From: Polyangiales bacterium
Lineage (GTDB): Bacteria; Myxococcota_A; Polyangia; Polyangiales; Polyangiaceae
DNA: 64,000 nt
Direction: 5' to 3'
NCBI GenBank assembly: GCA_038230375.1
Contig: JBBRNJ010000045.1
Coordinates: 1-64,000 of the forward strand
The notes beneath the pieces were generated by a model that saw only the letters and a list, made by a program, of their open reading frames with translations, did no database searches and had not been told where the DNA came from. Of the stretch, positions 61,831-64,000 are shown one piece after another; the first letter of the stretch is position 1, and each line of letters begins with the position of its first letter. The position numbers and the translations under genes were made by a program.

Positions 61831-64000
61831 TCACTCCGCAGGTGATGCGGCGTCGGTGGGCTCGACGGACGGAATGGGGCGCGGCTTCTTCCCGATGCCA
61901 AGCACCGACTTGAGCCCCTCGATCGCCAGATAGAAGGCCGGCACCACGACGAGCGAGAGCAGCGTGGAGCTGATGACGCCACCGATGACGGCGATCGCCA
62001 TGGGCGCGCGGAACTCGCTTCCTTCCCCGTTCGAGAGCGCGGTGGGAAGCATGCCAAGGATCATGGCGGCGGACGTCATGAGGATGGGCCGAAGACGCTC
62101 AGGCCCTGCCTCCAGGATGGCCTGCATGGGGGTCTCGCCGTGCTCGCGCACGCGCACGATGGCGCGGTCCAGGAGCAAGATCGCGTTCTTCGTGACCAGG
62201 CCCATGAGCAAGATGATGCCGATCATGGAGCCCATCGCGAGCGAGTTCTTGGTCACGAAGAGCGCCACGAACGCGCCAACGAACGCGAGCGGCAGCGTGA
62301 GCATGATCGTGAGCGGGTGGATGAAGCTCTCGAACTGCGATGCGAGCACGATGTAGATGAAGATGATCGCAAGGAGCAGCGCCACGCCCATGGAGGAGTT
62401 GGACTCGTTCATCTGGCGGACCTGTCCGTCCCAGTGCCAGCTCGAGCCGGCGGGCATCTTGATCTTCGCGAATGCCAGGTTCATGTCCGTGACCAGCTCG
62501 CCGAGCGAGCGGTTCTGCGGCGTCGCCCAGATCACAATCTGACGCTCGCGGTCCTCGCGCTCGATGAGGCTCGGACCTTCGCCGCGCTCCACCGTTGCGA
62601 GATCGCCGAGAGCCATGGGGCCCTTCTGCGTCCACACGGTCATGCGGAGCACGTCGTCCACGGTGCCGCGGTCGCCCTCGCGCAGGCGCACGCGGATGGG
62701 GACCTCGTCCTTGCCCTGCCGCATCTTGCCTGCCTCGTCGCCCTCGATACCGGCGCGAAGGAGCATGGCGAGCGTGGCGACGGGAACACCGGCGCGCGCC
62801 GCGCGATCGCGATCGACCGCGACGCGGAGCTCCGGCTGCCCAGGTGTGTACTTCATGTTCACGTCGGCGATGCCCGGGATCGCCTTCAGGGCCTGCTCGT
62901 ACTGATGCGCGAGCGGCGCGAGCTCCTCGTACGTGCTCGCGCGCACCTGCACCATGATCGGCGCCTCCGTGGCTGCGCCCTCGATGAACGGTGGGTCAGT
63001 GACGACGACCTTGGCAAGGGGGATGTGCTTCTTGACCGCGTTGCGCGCCACATCGCGGAGCTCGTTGATGCCCACGGTGCGCTCGTTCTTCTTCACGGTC
63101 ACGATGCGGAGGCTCGCCTTGTTGACGTCGCCGTCGGGTCCCAGGCGCGACATGATCGTCACGAAGCGCTTGTCCGTGAGGAGCTCCTTCTCCGCAGGCA
63201 GCAGCTGCTCCGCCGTCTCCGAGAGCTTCGTGCCGGCCGGCAGCTCCACATCCAGCAGGAACTGACCGCGGTCCTCCTGGTTCACGAAGTCCGAGCCCAT
63301 GAGCCCGGCGATCTTCACCATGCCGACGAGCGAGGCCACGGCCAGGACACCGACGATGATCTTGTTCCGGACCGCGAAGCCCAGGATCGTCCGGTAGACA
63401 GCGTCTATGCCCTCGAACACGGCAAGGAACGGCCGCTTCATGAACAGGAAAGGGTCCTTCTGACCCACGACATGCGGCTTGGAGAAGCGCGACGACAGCA
63501 TGGGGTCCAGCGTGAAGGCCACGAAGAGCGAGACCAGGACGGCCGCGGAGATCGTGAGCCCGAACTGCCGGAAGAACTGCCCGATGATGCCGTCCATGAA
63601 CGCCACCGGCATGAACACGGCCACGATGGTGAGCGTGGTCGCAAGAACGCTGAGCGCGATCTCCTGCGTGCCCTTCTCCGCGGCCTCGCGCGGTGGAACG
63701 CCGCGCTCCAGGTGCTTCGTGATGTTCTCTCGCACGACGACCGCATCGTCGATGAGCAGACCAATGGCGAGCGACAGCGCGAGCAGCGTCATCATGTTGA
63801 GCGTGAATTTCAGCACGTACATGACGAAGAACGTGGCGATGACGCTGGTGGGCAACGCGACCGAGCTGATGAGCGTGGAGCGCAGATCCAGCATGAAGAA
63901 CAGGATGACGAGGATCGCCATCGCGCCGCCGAAGAAGATGGAGACCTCCACCTCGTGCGTGTTCTCGTGGATGAAGTCCGATGCGTCGATGATGATGCTG
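61831..64000 (-). CDS. RND efflux permease (AcrB/HAE1 family), 5' truncated
   Basis: GLLIDDAVVVREN, QFESFIHP, LVTKNAILL, ERLRPILMT, PMAIAVIGG. Confidence 0.95.
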   Translation of the reverse strand, partial: SIIIDASDFIHENTHEVEVSIFFGGAMAILVILFFMLDLRSTLISSVALPTSVIATFFVMYVLKFTLNMMTLLALSLAIGLLIDDAVVVRENITKHLERGVPPREAAEKGTQEIALSVLATTLTIVAVFMPVAFMDGIIGQFFRQFGLTISAAVLVSLFVAFTLDPMLSSRFSKPHVVGQKDPFLFMKRPFLAVFEGIDAVYRTILGFAVRNKIIVGVLAVASLVGMVKIAGLMGSDFVNQEDRGQFLLDVELPAGTKLSETAEQLLPAEKELLTDKRFVTIMSRLGPDGDVNKASLRIVTVKKNERTVGINELRDVARNAVKKHIPLAKVVVTDPPFIEGAATEAPIMVQVRASTYEELAPLAHQYEQALKAIPGIADVNMKYTPGQPELRVAVDRDRAARAGVPVATLAMLLRAGIEGDEAGKMRQGKDEVPIRVRLREGDRGTVDDVLRMTVWTQKGPMALGDLATVERGEGPSLIEREDRERQIVIWATPQNRSLGELVTDMNLAFAKIKMPAGSSWHWDGQVRQMNESNSSMGVALLLAIIFIYIVLASQFESFIHPLTIMLTLPLAFVGAFVALFVTKNSLAMGSMIGIILLMGLVTKNAILLLDRAIVRVREHGETPMQAILEAGPERLRPILMTSAAMILGMLPTALSNGEGSEFRAPMAIAVIGGVISSTLLSLVVVPAFYLAIEGLKSVLGIGKKPRPIPSVEPTDAASPAE

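Overview
High-GC bacterial DNA with a clear myxobacterial signature (Myxococcota, probably Polyangiaceae/Labilithrix-like): five Ser/Thr kinases, PEGA and Cys-rich lipoproteins, a MYXO-CTERM tail and a Myxococcales-type ECF sigma. There are about 46 densely packed CDS, two of them truncated by the window edges. I saw no RNA genes, CRISPR arrays or mobile elements. Housekeeping-type genes include a ClpB-like chaperone, mpl, suhB, tsaE, trmY, lgt, a class II DAHP synthase and an RND pump. Main observations: (1) an ECF-sigma circuit at 49.4-55.2 kb, with a Zn-finger anti-sigma/Ser-Thr kinase fusion flanked by two copies of a bipartite element CTGAGAAG-N14-GCGTCAG; one copy would drive an operon ending in the sigma gene itself. 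(2) A split alpha-glucan utilisation system (LamB-like porin + GH13; GH15-MYXO-CTERM + GH13) whose two operons, 21 kb apart, share the palindrome GTAACTCA-N4-TG(A/C)GTTAC. (3) A coupled operon of a B12-dependent radical SAM enzyme, a heme-oxygenase-like diiron enzyme and an MBL hydrolase, product unknown. (4) A ClpB paralog whose first ATPase ring looks naturally disabled. All family calls come from motif recognition by eye; no database searches were run.
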